DNA from: Terriglobia bacterium
GTDB taxonomy: Bacteria > Acidobacteriota > Polarisedimenticolia > Polarisedimenticolales > JAIQFR01
Assembly: GCA_963748015.1 (NCBI GenBank)
Contig: CAVVHE010000007.1
Location: 1 to 60,109, forward strand
DNA: 60,109 nucleotides
Direction of reading: 5' to 3'
Shown here: piece by piece, positions 37,076 through 46,328 of the stretch
Position numbering within the stretch: the first letter of the stretch is position 1
Layout: every line of letters starts with the position of its first letter
Program-made: the position numbers and the translations under genes
The notes under the pieces: model-generated
Database searches by the model: none
What the model saw: only the letters and a program-made list of their open reading frames with translations
Told to the model about the DNA's origin: nothing

Positions 37076-37116
37076 GCCGCGGCCCGAACGGCGTCGGCAC
37101 CCGACGGGAGGGCACG

Positions 37117-38439
37117 ATGCGCGCGCGAATCCTCCTGGCCCCGCTCACCATCGCGTGGCTCGTGACCGCCGCGACGGCCCACGCTCAGGACGGAATGCCG
37201 GTCACCCCCGAGCAGAAGCGCGAGGCCGTGACGGTCCTGGCCAAGCTCCTGCGGGAGCGTTACGCCATCGCCGGGACGGCGGAGGCCGCCGCCCGGTCCA
37301 TCGAGGAGAAGCTGGCGCAGGGCGCGTACGACTCGGTGAGCGATGCGAAGAGCTTCGGCGAGCGGATCGACTCCGATCTGAGGGCGGCGACGAAGGACAA
37401 GCACCTCAAGTTCGGGGTTCCGGACCGCCCGGCGGGCGCCGCGCCCGGCAAGGCGGCCGATCCGGCCGCCGGGCAGGCCGCGAGACTCGCGGGCATGCGT
37501 CGGGGCAATTTCGGCCTTCTCGGGGCGGAGATCCTGCCGGGCAACGTGGGTTACCTCAACGTGCGGCGCTTCGAGCCCCCCGAGGTCGCCGGCGACACGT
37601 TGGTCGGCGTGATGGGTTTCCTCGCCAACGTGGACGCCATCATCGTGGACGTCCGGAATTGCCACGGCGGAAGCGTCTACATGATGCCGCTGTTCGGCGC
37701 CTACTTCCTGAAGCAGCCGGCGAGCCTCTTCGACATGGTGTTCCGCGAGAGCGGCTTCACCGAGCGCTTCTGGACGCAGGCGTACGTCCCCGGCCGGCGG
37801 ATCGCGGACGTGCCGATGTACATCCTGACCAGCGGCTACACGTTCTCCGGCGCGGAAGGGTTCGCTTACCGGTTCCAGGTGATGAAGCGCGCGAAGATCG
37901 TCGGCGAGGTGACCGGGGGCGGGGCGAACGCCGGCGGCATACTCGACGTGCCGCCGTTCTTCACCGTGTGGATGCCCATGGGCCGACCCGTCGATCGGGA
38001 CACGGGAACCAACTGGGAAGGGACCGGCGTGCGGCCGGACATCGCGGCGAGCGCCAGGGACGCGCTCGCCGCGGCGCACCTCGACGCGCTGCGGTCGCTC
38101 GAGGCCAAGGCCACGGACGCGGACGATCGCGCGCGCCTGGGCTGGGCCATCGAGCGAGCCCAGGCCCGCCTGCGTCCCGCGACCCTTGCTCCCTCCGATC
38201 TGGAACGCTTCGCCGGCACGTTCGGCACCGCCAAGGTGTGGGTCGAGGGGGGGCAGCTCCGCGTCGAGCGCGACGTCAACCGGCCGTTCCTGCTCGAGCC
38301 CGTCACGCCGCTGGTCTTCTCGACGGAGGCCGAGGATCGCGTGCGCGTCGAGTTCGTCCCCGGGCCGGGCGGACGCGTCGAGAAGCTGATCTTCACGGAC
38401 GAGGACGGGAACAAGGAGAGTCTCGAGAGGACCCGCTGA
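37117..38439 (+). CDS. S41 family peptidase
   Basis: Signal peptide; DKHL, GNVGYL, DVRNCHGG, TFSGAE, NWEGTGVRPDI. Confidence 0.9.
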   Translation: MRARILLAPLTIAWLVTAATAHAQDGMPVTPEQKREAVTVLAKLLRERYAIAGTAEAAARSIEEKLAQGAYDSVSDAKSFGERIDSDLRAATKDKHLKFGVPDRPAGAAPGKAADPAAGQAARLAGMRRGNFGLLGAEILPGNVGYLNVRRFEPPEVAGDTLVGVMGFLANVDAIIVDVRNCHGGSVYMMPLFGAYFLKQPASLFDMVFRESGFTERFWTQAYVPGRRIADVPMYILTSGYTFSGAEGFAYRFQVMKRAKIVGEVTGGGANAGGILDVPPFFTVWMPMGRPVDRDTGTNWEGTGVRPDIAASARDALAAAHLDALRSLEAKATDADDRARLGWAIERAQARLRPATLAPSDLERFAGTFGTAKVWVEGGQLRVERDVNRPFLLEPVTPLVFSTEAEDRVRVEFVPGPGGRVEKLIFTDEDGNKESLERTR

Positions 38440-38498
38440 AGCGCGTTGCCGCACGGCGACAACCGGCGGGCTCTAGACCGGACGTGGACGGCTGGACC

Positions 38499-39038
38499 AT
38501 GACGCGGCCCCTTCTCATCCTGGACCTCGACGAGACCCTGGTCTTCTCGACCGAGACCGAGCCGGCGCGCGGCTTCGATTTCAAGCTCTTCGTCTACTAC
38601 GTGACGAAGCGTCCCCACCTCGACGAGTTTCTCGCGCGCGTTTCGGCCTGGTTCGACCTTGCCGTGTGGAGCTCGAGCGATGACGCCTACGCGAAGGCCA
38701 TGGCGGCGAGGCTGTTCCCCGGCGCGGAGGCGCTCCGCTTCGTGTGGGGGAGGACGCGCTGCACCCCGAGATACGACGGCGAGTCGCTCGGGAGCTACTA
38801 CCTCAAGGACCTGAAGAAGGTCCGGCGGCTCGGGCACGATCTCCGCCGCGTCCTGATCCTGGACGACAGCCCTGAGAAGGTCTCGCGGAACTACGGCAAC
38901 CACGTTCGCATCGGGCCGTTCGAGGGGGACCCCGGCGACCGCGAGCTCCTCGACGTGCTCCCGTTCCTCGAGTGGCTCGAGGACCAGCCCGATTTCCGCG
39001 CCGTCGAGAAACGGACGTGGAGGGTGGCCCGGGCGTAG
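38499..39038 (+). CDS. NIF/FCP1-like HAD phosphatase
   Basis: ILDLDETLV, KRPHLDEFL, KDLKK, LILDDSP. Confidence 0.9.
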   Translation: MTRPLLILDLDETLVFSTETEPARGFDFKLFVYYVTKRPHLDEFLARVSAWFDLAVWSSSDDAYAKAMAARLFPGAEALRFVWGRTRCTPRYDGESLGSYYLKDLKKVRRLGHDLRRVLILDDSPEKVSRNYGNHVRIGPFEGDPGDRELLDVLPFLEWLEDQPDFRAVEKRTWRVARA

Positions 39039-39086
39039 AATCGGGGCGGGGAGAGGCGCGGCGGTAGCGGGCCGCGGAGGAAAGCG

Positions 39087-39380
39087 ATGGCGGCATACGT
39101 GATCGTGGACGTCGAGGTGACCGACCCGGTCCGGTACGAGGACTACAAGCCGGCCGCCGCGGCCACCGTGGCCGCCTACGGCGGCAAGTACATCGTCCGG
39201 GGAGGGAAGGTCGAGACCCTCGAGGGGGAGTGGCCGGTCGGGCGATTCGTCATCCTGGAGTTCCCGAGCATGGAGCGGGCGAGGGAGTGGTGGGCCTCGG
39301 AGGCGTACCGCCCGGCGAAGGAGCTGCGCCACGCGACGGCCCGCTCGAGAATGATCCTGGTGGAAGGGATGGGCGGATAG
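39087..39380 (+). CDS. DUF1330 family protein
   Basis: YGGKYIVRGG, LEG, ILEFPS..AREWWAS..Y. Confidence 0.9.
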   Translation: MAAYVIVDVEVTDPVRYEDYKPAAAATVAAYGGKYIVRGGKVETLEGEWPVGRFVILEFPSMERAREWWASEAYRPAKELRHATARSRMILVEGMGG

Positions 39381-39460
39381 CGAGGGCGGCCATTGGTTTC
39401 GGCGCTCTACCAGGGCGCGTTCCGTCCGAAGCGGGGGCCGGCGCCGCGAAAGGGGCCGCG

Positions 39461-39775
39461 ATGAGCGACGTGAAGATCGACTTCGGGAGCGAAGCGTGGC
39501 GGGTCGTGGCGCCCGGCGGCCGGCAGAAGGCCGTGGAGCGGGCGGGGAAGCGAGTCCGCCTCGTGGAGTTCGGCACCGAGTTCGTGGAACCCGACTGGTG
39601 CCTCAAGGGGCACGTCGGCTACGTGCTCGAGGGAAACCTGGAGCTCGAGCTCGAGGACCGCGCGGAGCGCTTCGGCCCGGGCGACGGATTCGTGATCCGG
39701 CCTGGCGGCGTCGAGAAGCACAAGGCGCGCGCCGTCGGTTCCACGGCGAGAATGCTCCTCATCGAGGACGTCTAG
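39461..39775 (+). CDS. Cupin domain protein
   Basis: WCLKGHVGYVLEG ... HKA. Confidence 0.82.
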   Translation: MSDVKIDFGSEAWRVVAPGGRQKAVERAGKRVRLVEFGTEFVEPDWCLKGHVGYVLEGNLELELEDRAERFGPGDGFVIRPGGVEKHKARAVGSTARMLLIEDV

Positions 39776-39789
39776 TCGCGGAGACCGGC

Positions 39790-40593
39790 ATGAGCCGAAT
39801 TCGCCTGATCCACTGGAACGAGGACGAGGGGCGCGCGCGCGCGGCGCTCCTGCGCGACGCGGGCCACGAGGTCGAGTCCGGCGTTCCGAAGGACTTCACG
39901 TTCTTCCGCGCCCTCCGGGCAGACCCTCCGGACGCCGTCGTCATCGACCTCGACCGGCTGCCGTCGCAGGGGCGGGACATCGCGCTCTCCCTCCGCCACT
40001 CGAAGGCGACGCGCCACGTTCCCATCGTTTTCGCCGGCGGCGCGCCGGAGAAGGTGGCGCGCGTTCGGGAGAAGCTGCCCGACGCGGCCTTTGCCGCCTG
40101 GAAGGGGATCCACGGCGCGGTCGCCCGCGCGATCCGCCGTCCTCCGAAGGCCCCGGTCGTGCCGCGCTCGCCGCTCGACGGCTATTCGGGGCGGCCGCTT
40201 CCCGCGAAGCTCGGGATCAAGCCGAACGGGACGGTCGGCCTCCGAGGCGCGCCGCCGGACTTCCGCGAGACCCTCGGCGAGCTTCCCGAGGGCGCGAGGG
40301 TGTCGGCGAGCGTGCGGGGCCGCTACGACACGATCCTCTGGTTCGTGCGCTCCCAGAAGGCGCTCGAGGCGGAGATCGGAGCGATGGCCGGGCGCGACGA
40401 CTTCCGGGGGTTGTGGATCCTCTGGCCGAAGAAGGCCTCGGGCGTGAGCGCGGACGTGGGCCAGGCCGATGTCCGGCGCGCGGGGCTCGCGGCGGGTCTG
40501 GTGGATTACAAGATCTGCGCGGTGGACGCCACGTGGTCCGGGCTGCTCTTCGCCAAGCGCAGGGAGAAGAAGAACGCTGCCGGGAGGGGGTGA
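39790..40593 (+). CDS. Atypical receiver-like domain fused to DUF3052-like domain
   Basis: PPDAVVIDL...TRHVPIVF, then YSGRPLPAKLGIK, WILWPKKASG, LVDYKICAVDATWSGL. Confidence 0.75.
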   Translation: MSRIRLIHWNEDEGRARAALLRDAGHEVESGVPKDFTFFRALRADPPDAVVIDLDRLPSQGRDIALSLRHSKATRHVPIVFAGGAPEKVARVREKLPDAAFAAWKGIHGAVARAIRRPPKAPVVPRSPLDGYSGRPLPAKLGIKPNGTVGLRGAPPDFRETLGELPEGARVSASVRGRYDTILWFVRSQKALEAEIGAMAGRDDFRGLWILWPKKASGVSADVGQADVRRAGLAAGLVDYKICAVDATWSGLLFAKRREKKNAAGRG

Positions 40594-40597
40594 TGCG

Positions 40598-40837
40598 GTG
40601 ACGACACCGAAGTGCAGGGGCTGCGGAAGCGAGTCGCTCGCGGGAGGAGCTCTGCACGGCTTCGTGCGAGCGTCGTTCCGCCCCGAGGGAGCGAAGTTCA
40701 TGACGCTCGAGACGTCGGACATCATGACCCGGGCCACGATGTGCCGGAAATGCGGGCTGATCGAGATCACAGGGGATGTGCGGAAGCTCGAGAGGCTCAC
40801 GAATCCCGCCGCGGCGGGAGACGCTCCGGAGCCCTGA
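40598..40837 (+). CDS. Small zinc-ribbon protein
   Basis: CRGC ... CRKCG pair; GGAGG RBS. Confidence 0.6.
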   Translation: MTTPKCRGCGSESLAGGALHGFVRASFRPEGAKFMTLETSDIMTRATMCRKCGLIEITGDVRKLERLTNPAAAGDAPEP

Positions 40838-40883
40838 GCTCGCGCAGGCCGGGGATGCTGGGAAGGAAACCCCGGCACCGTTT

Positions 40884-41495
40884 CTATGCCGAGACGAGGT
40901 CCTTCAGCTCGTCGAGCTGCTCCTTCGACGGGATGCCGAACCACACGCGCACGACCAGCCCGTTCCCGTCGAGAAGAACGGTCGCCGGGATGTACGGCAG
41001 CTTGCGCATGACCGGCGGCTCCGGGTTCTCGACGCTGAAGATCGGGAAGCCCACGGCCGCCGGGACGATTCCGGAGACGTCGGGCGAGTCGCCGGGGCGA
41101 TCGGTCTCGATCCCGATCGTGCGGAAGGCCGAAGCCTTGGCCGAGGCGAGGAACTCGCCCCAGACCGGTAGCGTCTTCTCGCAGGCCGGGCAGTGCGACG
41201 AGAACACGAGCAGCAGCGTCTTGGGGCCGTTCGGCGGGAACTCGAGGCGATCCTTCCGCCCCGCCTCGCCGACGAGCGCGAACGGCTCCACCCGGTCGCC
41301 GGTTTTGAGCGCATCCGGAGGCAACTGGGGCGCCGAGACCGCGCCCATCCCCATCTTGAGCTGCCGGTTCTGACGCGCCAGCACGATCACCAGCACCGCG
41401 AGGGCGATGCACGCCACCACGAGGAACAGGGTGAACGTATCGCGGCGGGGCTGCTCTCCCGGCCCGGCCGGCGCCGGCTGCGTCTCCGTGGACAT
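40884..41495 (-). CDS. Membrane-anchored TlpA-like thioredoxin-fold protein
   Basis: N-terminal TM; FSSHCPAC CxxC; IPATVLLD cis-Pro motif. Confidence 0.85.
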   Translation of the reverse strand: MSTETQPAPAGPGEQPRRDTFTLFLVVACIALAVLVIVLARQNRQLKMGMGAVSAPQLPPDALKTGDRVEPFALVGEAGRKDRLEFPPNGPKTLLLVFSSHCPACEKTLPVWGEFLASAKASAFRTIGIETDRPGDSPDVSGIVPAAVGFPIFSVENPEPPVMRKLPYIPATVLLDGNGLVVRVWFGIPSKEQLDELKDLVSA

Positions 41496-41572
41496 CGAAC
41501 GACCTCCCCGCGCGAAGCGCGCCGCGGTCCCGTCAGTCTAGCCGCCGCGGCAGACCGCCAGCAACCCGCTGG

Positions 41573-41623
41573 TAGAGGAATTTCAATGAGGGACAGCAAC
41601 CTACCGCGGTTGCTGTCCCTCAT
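41573..41623. repeat. REP-like hairpin (family C) copy 1
   Basis: 16-bp perfect stem ATGAGGGACAGCAACC/GGTTGCTGTCCCTCAT preceded by TAGAGGAATT; related copy at 47843. Confidence 0.8.
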
Positions 41624-41690
41624 CGAGACGCTCGCGAAGGCCGAGCGGTCTCACGCCGGCAAGTTCCAGAATGCTCTCGACACGTTCTAG
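41624..41690 (+). pseudogene. 3' fragment of a rubrerythrin gene
   Basis: ETLAKAERSHAGKFQNALDTF* resembles the C-terminal ExxH helix of short rubrerythrins. Confidence 0.65.
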
Positions 41691-41704
41691 TCGCTCTGCC
41701 GGGG

Positions 41705-41856
41705 GGCGGCGCAGCGCCGGTCCTCTCTCCCCGGGGCTCGCTCGCCGTTCCGCGTTTTGCCGCGGCGGCTCGCTCCGGTTTCGACCGCGCCCGCAAAGGA
41801 ATTGCGGGCGCGGTCGAAACAGGGCCCCGGGGAGAGAGGACCGACGCTGCGCCGCC
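41705..41856. repeat. Palindromic three-way-junction element (family B) copy
   Basis: 33-bp closing stem with two internal hairpins; junction sequences shared with 4159-4310. Confidence 0.85.
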
Positions 41857-42031
41857 GTGGAAGGGCGAGCGGGGGCGGCTGTTTCCGCCTGCCGTTCCGC
41901 TCCGGCCCGAAATGCCCGCCCGGACGTCCTGCCGTCCCGGAAGCGATCCCGACCTACCAAGCGACCTTGTCGTGGCGTACACTTAAGGTTTGAGGACGAC
42001 CCCAACCGCAACCGGCACGACGAGGAACCTC

Positions 42032-43435
42032 ATGCCGACAGAAGATCTCCGGCGCCACTCCCGGTGGATGATCCGCGCCCTCGAGTGGAACGACACTCGC
42101 GCGCGCTACCCCAACCTCTGGCACGAGGGGATGCCCTGCCAGCTCCTGGCCTTCGAATCCATGGGGTCGAGACTGCGCCTCGGCGACCTCATCGCGGTGT
42201 ATCACCCGACCAGCCAGACCCATGCGAATCGCTCGGAGCGGTTCGTCGGCATCTCCCGGGTGATCGGCCTGCGGAGGGCGCAGACGCCGGGGTCGGTCTG
42301 GGTGGACCTCGAGACCGCGCACCGGCTCGACCCGCCGCTCGACCTGGGCGCGTCCCCCGGCCGCGTCTTCCTCTGCTGCGATCAAGGCTGGCCCGAGCGC
42401 GAGGTCGCCCTGTTCCGCCGCGTGTTCGACGCGGCGGTGTCGGCCGGCTGGGCGCCCCTTCCCGGCGACGTCGAAGGACCCGCCGAGACCGTTCCGCGCG
42501 TCGTCGGGGAGACGCGCGCCGCCGCGCAGGAGACCGCTCCCGAGGAGCCGGCCGCCGAAGCGCCGGACACCGTCGCGCCTCAACCGAACGGGATGCCCCA
42601 CGCTCCGGCCTGGGCGGGGCCGTCGGCGGGAGCGCGGCTCTTCGCGGGGGTGGACTTCAGCGGGGACATGCGCGACCCGAAGGAAGGGACCTGGCTCGCC
42701 ATGCTCGAGCTCAGGGACGAGCGGCTCAGCGTCGTGCGTCTCGAGGCGACGGGGCGGACCGGACTGGAATACCAGCTCAGGAACCCCGACGCGGCGATGC
42801 TGCACACCGAGGCGATCGGGCTCGATTTCCCGTTCGGCCTGCCGGTCTCCTTCGCGGAGAAACTGCTCGGCCACCCCTACTCCGACGAGGGATGGTGGTC
42901 GCTCGTCAAGAAGCTCGAGCGCACCACGCGGCCCGCGTACTTGATCGCCCTCCAGGAGTTCCGCGACGCGAACGGCGAGACCAAGCGTCTCACCGACGAG
43001 CGCGCGGGGGCGTTCTCGCCGCTCCATCGCGTGAACCCCGACCTCGGGCCGATGACCTACCAGGGGATCCGGATGATCGCGGAAGAGCGCTCGCGCTACG
43101 CGGTGCGCCCCTTCGAGAGCGCCAGGGGACGGCTCCTGATCGAGGTGTATCCGGGCGCCGCCGTCCTGCGGCTCGGCGTGGAGAGGGACGAGCAGAACGG
43201 CCGGACGCAGGCGATCGCGAGCGCCCTCGCCCGCGCGGAGCGGCTGCCCGTCGAGATCGGCCAGCCGTTCCTGAGGCGCTGTCTCTCGCGGCGCGACGCT
43301 CTGGACGCCGTGGTCGCGGCCCGCTGCGCCGCCCTCGCGGTGCTGACCGGCGAGACCGAGAAGACGCCGGAGGAGCTGGCGCCGGGGGAGGGAGACCGGG
43401 TACGCAAGGAAGGCTGGATCTACGGGCTCGAGTGA
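42032..43435 (+). CDS. EVE/PUA-like domain fused to DUF429 (RNase H-like nuclease) domain
   Basis: N-term LRLGDLIAVYH..FVGISRV..VDLE..LDPPLDL; C-term GVDFSG, GLDFPFGLP, IEVYP, DALDAVVAA, EGWIY. Confidence 0.72.
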   Translation: MPTEDLRRHSRWMIRALEWNDTRARYPNLWHEGMPCQLLAFESMGSRLRLGDLIAVYHPTSQTHANRSERFVGISRVIGLRRAQTPGSVWVDLETAHRLDPPLDLGASPGRVFLCCDQGWPEREVALFRRVFDAAVSAGWAPLPGDVEGPAETVPRVVGETRAAAQETAPEEPAAEAPDTVAPQPNGMPHAPAWAGPSAGARLFAGVDFSGDMRDPKEGTWLAMLELRDERLSVVRLEATGRTGLEYQLRNPDAAMLHTEAIGLDFPFGLPVSFAEKLLGHPYSDEGWWSLVKKLERTTRPAYLIALQEFRDANGETKRLTDERAGAFSPLHRVNPDLGPMTYQGIRMIAEERSRYAVRPFESARGRLLIEVYPGAAVLRLGVERDEQNGRTQAIASALARAERLPVEIGQPFLRRCLSRRDALDAVVAARCAALAVLTGETEKTPEELAPGEGDRVRKEGWIYGLE

Positions 43436-44268
43436 CGGGGTTGCTCACCCGATCGTTCATCCACGTCCCGGGGGTCGGTGAGCGGCGAGAGCGCGCGCTC
43501 TGGGAGCGGGGCTACACCGACTGGGACGCGTTCCTGCGCGACCACCCGAGGAACCCCTGGCGCGAGCTGATCGCGTCGAGGCTCGACCGCGAGCGCGCGG
43601 CGCGAGACATGCCGCGACGCGAGCTGTGGCGACTCGCGCGCGCCTTTCCCGGCCGCACCGCGTTCCTCGACATCGAGACGACGGGGCTCGCCCCGGGGCG
43701 CGACGGCGTCACGTGCGTCGGGCTCTCGGACGGCGAGGGGGTGGTGGCGCTCGTGGCGGGACGCGATCTCGACCGGCTCCCCGAGGAGCTGGAGCGCTTC
43801 GACCTCCTGGTCACGTACAACGGTTCCTGCTTCGATCTGCCCATCCTCGCGGCCGCCTTTCCCGAGATCGACTTCCGGCGATTCCACCACGTCGATCTCC
43901 GGTACCCGCTGCACCGGCTCGGCCTGAAGGGGGGCTTGAAGGGGGTCGAGCGCGCGCTCGGCCTCGCGCGCGCGACGGAAGTGGAGGGCGTCGACGGCTA
44001 CCTCGCGGTGCTCCTGTGGGAGGAGCACCTCAAGGGGCATCCGCGCGCGCTCGAGACGCTCGTCACCTACTGCCTCGAGGACGTGGTGCACTTGAAGCCG
44101 CTGCTCGCGCACGCGTACGACCGCCTCGCGGAACAACTGCCTCTCGACGTGGAGCCGGTCGGCGCCGGGCCGATGCCGGCGATCCCGTTTCGCGCCGACG
44201 GGGATCTGGTGAAGGACCTGTTGCGCCGGGTCGAGGCGGCGCGCGAGCTGGGGCAAGGCGGCTGGTGA
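43432..44268 (+). CDS. YprB-like RNase H-superfamily exonuclease
   Basis: SFIHVPGVG HhH, AFLDIETTG, VTYNGSCFDLP, GGLKGVE, YCLEDV; GTGA overlap. Confidence 0.88.
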   Translation: MTGLLTRSFIHVPGVGERRERALWERGYTDWDAFLRDHPRNPWRELIASRLDRERAARDMPRRELWRLARAFPGRTAFLDIETTGLAPGRDGVTCVGLSDGEGVVALVAGRDLDRLPEELERFDLLVTYNGSCFDLPILAAAFPEIDFRRFHHVDLRYPLHRLGLKGGLKGVERALGLARATEVEGVDGYLAVLLWEEHLKGHPRALETLVTYCLEDVVHLKPLLAHAYDRLAEQLPLDVEPVGAGPMPAIPFRADGDLVKDLLRRVEAARELGQGGW

Positions 44269-44286
44269 CGCGCCCTCCCCCCGGGC

Positions 44287-44943
44287 TCACTCCCCCGGGG
44301 GGGTCTGCATCGTCATCACCCAGAACGCCAGCTCGTACTGCGCTACATCCAGGACGGCCTGCTCGGCGCGCTGGACCTCCCGGCGCGAGGACTCGGCGAG
44401 CGCCGCGTCCGCCGCGCGGGCCAGCGCGGCCAGGCCGGACTCGTAGACGGGGGCGTAGAAGTACTGGACGAAGCTGCGGAACTTCGGGGCGCCCGGGTGC
44501 GCCCACTTCCAGGCGTCCCTGTAAGCGCGGTACTGGGCCCACAGCACCACGAGCTCGATCGTGTACGGCTCGAAGCCGAGCGAAACGGTGTAGTCCACGT
44601 ACGCGCGGCAGACCGGCTGAAGCCCGATTCCGGCATCGACGCCGCGGGCTCTCAGCGTCGGCTCGAGCCACGACAGATATCTGAGGAGATTCCGGAGAAT
44701 CTCCAGTAGCACTTTCCGGTCCCGCTCGGGCGCGGCCGCCGCGATCCGGCAGTACGCGGGAAAAAAGCCGTTTGCGAGGTGGCCGTGCTGGACGAGCCAC
44801 CGGTCGAACACCTCGACCGGGAGGCTCCCATCGCGCACGCCGGCGACGAAGGGGTTGCGGCAGGTCACCCTCCAGAGCGGAGCGTGCCGTTTGAGAAGCG
44901 CCGCAGTCGTGATTCTGGCCGTGCCCATGAAAGCCTCCCCCAC
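44287..44943 (-). CDS. TenA/THI-4 family protein (TenA_E-like, no obvious catalytic Cys)
   Basis: PFVAGVRDGSL..FDRWLVQ, YELAFW. Confidence 0.8.
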   Translation of the reverse strand: MGEAFMGTARITTAALLKRHAPLWRVTCRNPFVAGVRDGSLPVEVFDRWLVQHGHLANGFFPAYCRIAAAAPERDRKVLLEILRNLLRYLSWLEPTLRARGVDAGIGLQPVCRAYVDYTVSLGFEPYTIELVVLWAQYRAYRDAWKWAHPGAPKFRSFVQYFYAPVYESGLAALARAADAALAESSRREVQRAEQAVLDVAQYELAFWVMTMQTPPGE

Positions 44944-44973
44944 GCCGGCGGAAGCGAGACGGCTCGCGCCGCC

Positions 44974-45681
44974 CTATCTCTTGACCAGCAGCAGCGTGGT
45001 CGGATCGAGGTCGAGCCCGGGACTTCCCGGCGCGCTGTCGCCGTGTCCCTTGAGTACCGAGAGGTGAACCGTGCCGTCGGCTCCCTTGAGCCGCAGGAGC
45101 ACGTTGATGATCGCATCGTAGCGGCCGAGGGGCTCGGGGAAGCCGCCCAGCGGCGCTACCGCCGCTCCCTGGTCGAGCTTGGCGGACATCCAGAGCGCGG
45201 CGTCTTCCGATCGGGCGAGGTCCTTGAGTGCGGCGACCTCCGTCTCGGATCCGTTGCTCCAGTCGTACCCGTCCACGACGATCAGGTCGGGGCGCACGTC
45301 GGTGTGGGACCGGAGGAACGACAGGGAGCGGGCGAGCGCCTCCACGCTGAACGCCCCTCTCTGGTAGATGTGAATCCTCCGGTTGCGCTCGACGAGCAGC
45401 CGGGCGTCGCCCGGCTTCTCCAACCGCTCGACGCGAGACATCTCGGCGAGGATCTCGTCGTAGTAGTTCCGGACGCGGTCCACGGGATGGTCGAGCGCCA
45501 CGTGGAGGGCCCGGCAGCCGCCGAGCAGGACGTCGAGGGCGACGCCCACGAGGAACGCCGTCTTGCCCGCGCCGGCGTGGGAGCACACCACACCCAGATC
45601 GCCCCGTCCGAGACCCCCGTGGAGGGAGCGGTCGAGCACGCGGAGCGGGCTTCGTTCATGGATCTCGGAAATGCACGTCAT
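44974..45681 (-). CDS. RecA/KaiC-like P-loop ATPase
   Basis: GGLGRGDLGVV, HAGAGKT (Walker A), LIVVDG (Walker B). Confidence 0.8.
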   Translation of the reverse strand: MTCISEIHERSPLRVLDRSLHGGLGRGDLGVVCSHAGAGKTAFLVGVALDVLLGGCRALHVALDHPVDRVRNYYDEILAEMSRVERLEKPGDARLLVERNRRIHIYQRGAFSVEALARSLSFLRSHTDVRPDLIVVDGYDWSNGSETEVAALKDLARSEDAALWMSAKLDQGAAVAPLGGFPEPLGRYDAIINVLLRLKGADGTVHLSVLKGHGDSAPGSPGLDLDPTTLLLVKR

Positions 45682-45761
45682 GTCCCGTGTCTCCTTGGGT
45701 CGGCGACCCCTCTCAGGACGTTTCTTCTACGCTGTCCGGGATTCTCATGCAACCTGTTACG

Positions 45762-46328
45762 TCATTCGCGGCGAATCGTCTGAAGCGCCTCGGCGCCGTC
45801 CCGGATCTTCCCGACTTCCCGCAGCAGGATCTCCGCGCGCTTTCGGATCGCCTCGGAGGTCCCGGCCTGCGCCAGCAACATCTCGACGTGGCCGAGGATC
45901 CCCATCAGGGAGTTGTTGATCTCGTGCCGGACGTTGGAGGCGGCCTCCAGCGCCCGGTCGTAGGCCGACTCGACGGCGCGGAGCCTGCCCAGCTCCGCGA
46001 CGTCCTCGACGAGGGCCACCGCGTGACGGCCGCCTCCCGCGGCGAACGCGAGGAAGCGGACGCGCAACTCTCCCCGCGCCGCGCCGAAGGCGGAGACCGT
46101 GAAGCCCGCCTCGAGCGGTCCACCGGCTTCGAGACAGGACCGGCCGTGCGCGCGGATCTCCTCGGCGGTGCCGAGCTCCTCGAAGAACGGCGTCCCCAGC
46201 AGCGCCGGGCCGTTCTTCCGGGCGAGCCGCTCGAATCCGGCGTCGGCGGCGACGATCGCTCCGGCGGCGTCCAGGACCGCCACGCCGAGCGGCACGGCGG
46301 GCTCGAGCGGCGGCCGCGACGCGCTCAC
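45762..46328 (-). CDS. PAS-like plus HisKA domain protein lacking a HATPase domain
   Basis: GVAVLDAAGAIV..LLGTPFFE PAS-like; RHEINNSLMGILG H-box; stop about 45 aa later. Confidence 0.75.
   Translation of the reverse strand: MSASRPPLEPAVPLGVAVLDAAGAIVAADAGFERLARKNGPALLGTPFFEELGTAEEIRAHGRSCLEAGGPLEAGFTVSAFGAARGELRVRFLAFAAGGGRHAVALVEDVAELGRLRAVESAYDRALEAASNVRHEINNSLMGILGHVEMLLAQAGTSEAIRKRAEILLREVGKIRDGAEALQTIRRE

Noticed and set aside
41705..41856. Family B three-way junction as a hammerhead ribozyme (contains CGAAAC)
   Set aside because: No CUGAnGA core on either strand, and the GAAAC is base-paired with GTTTC.
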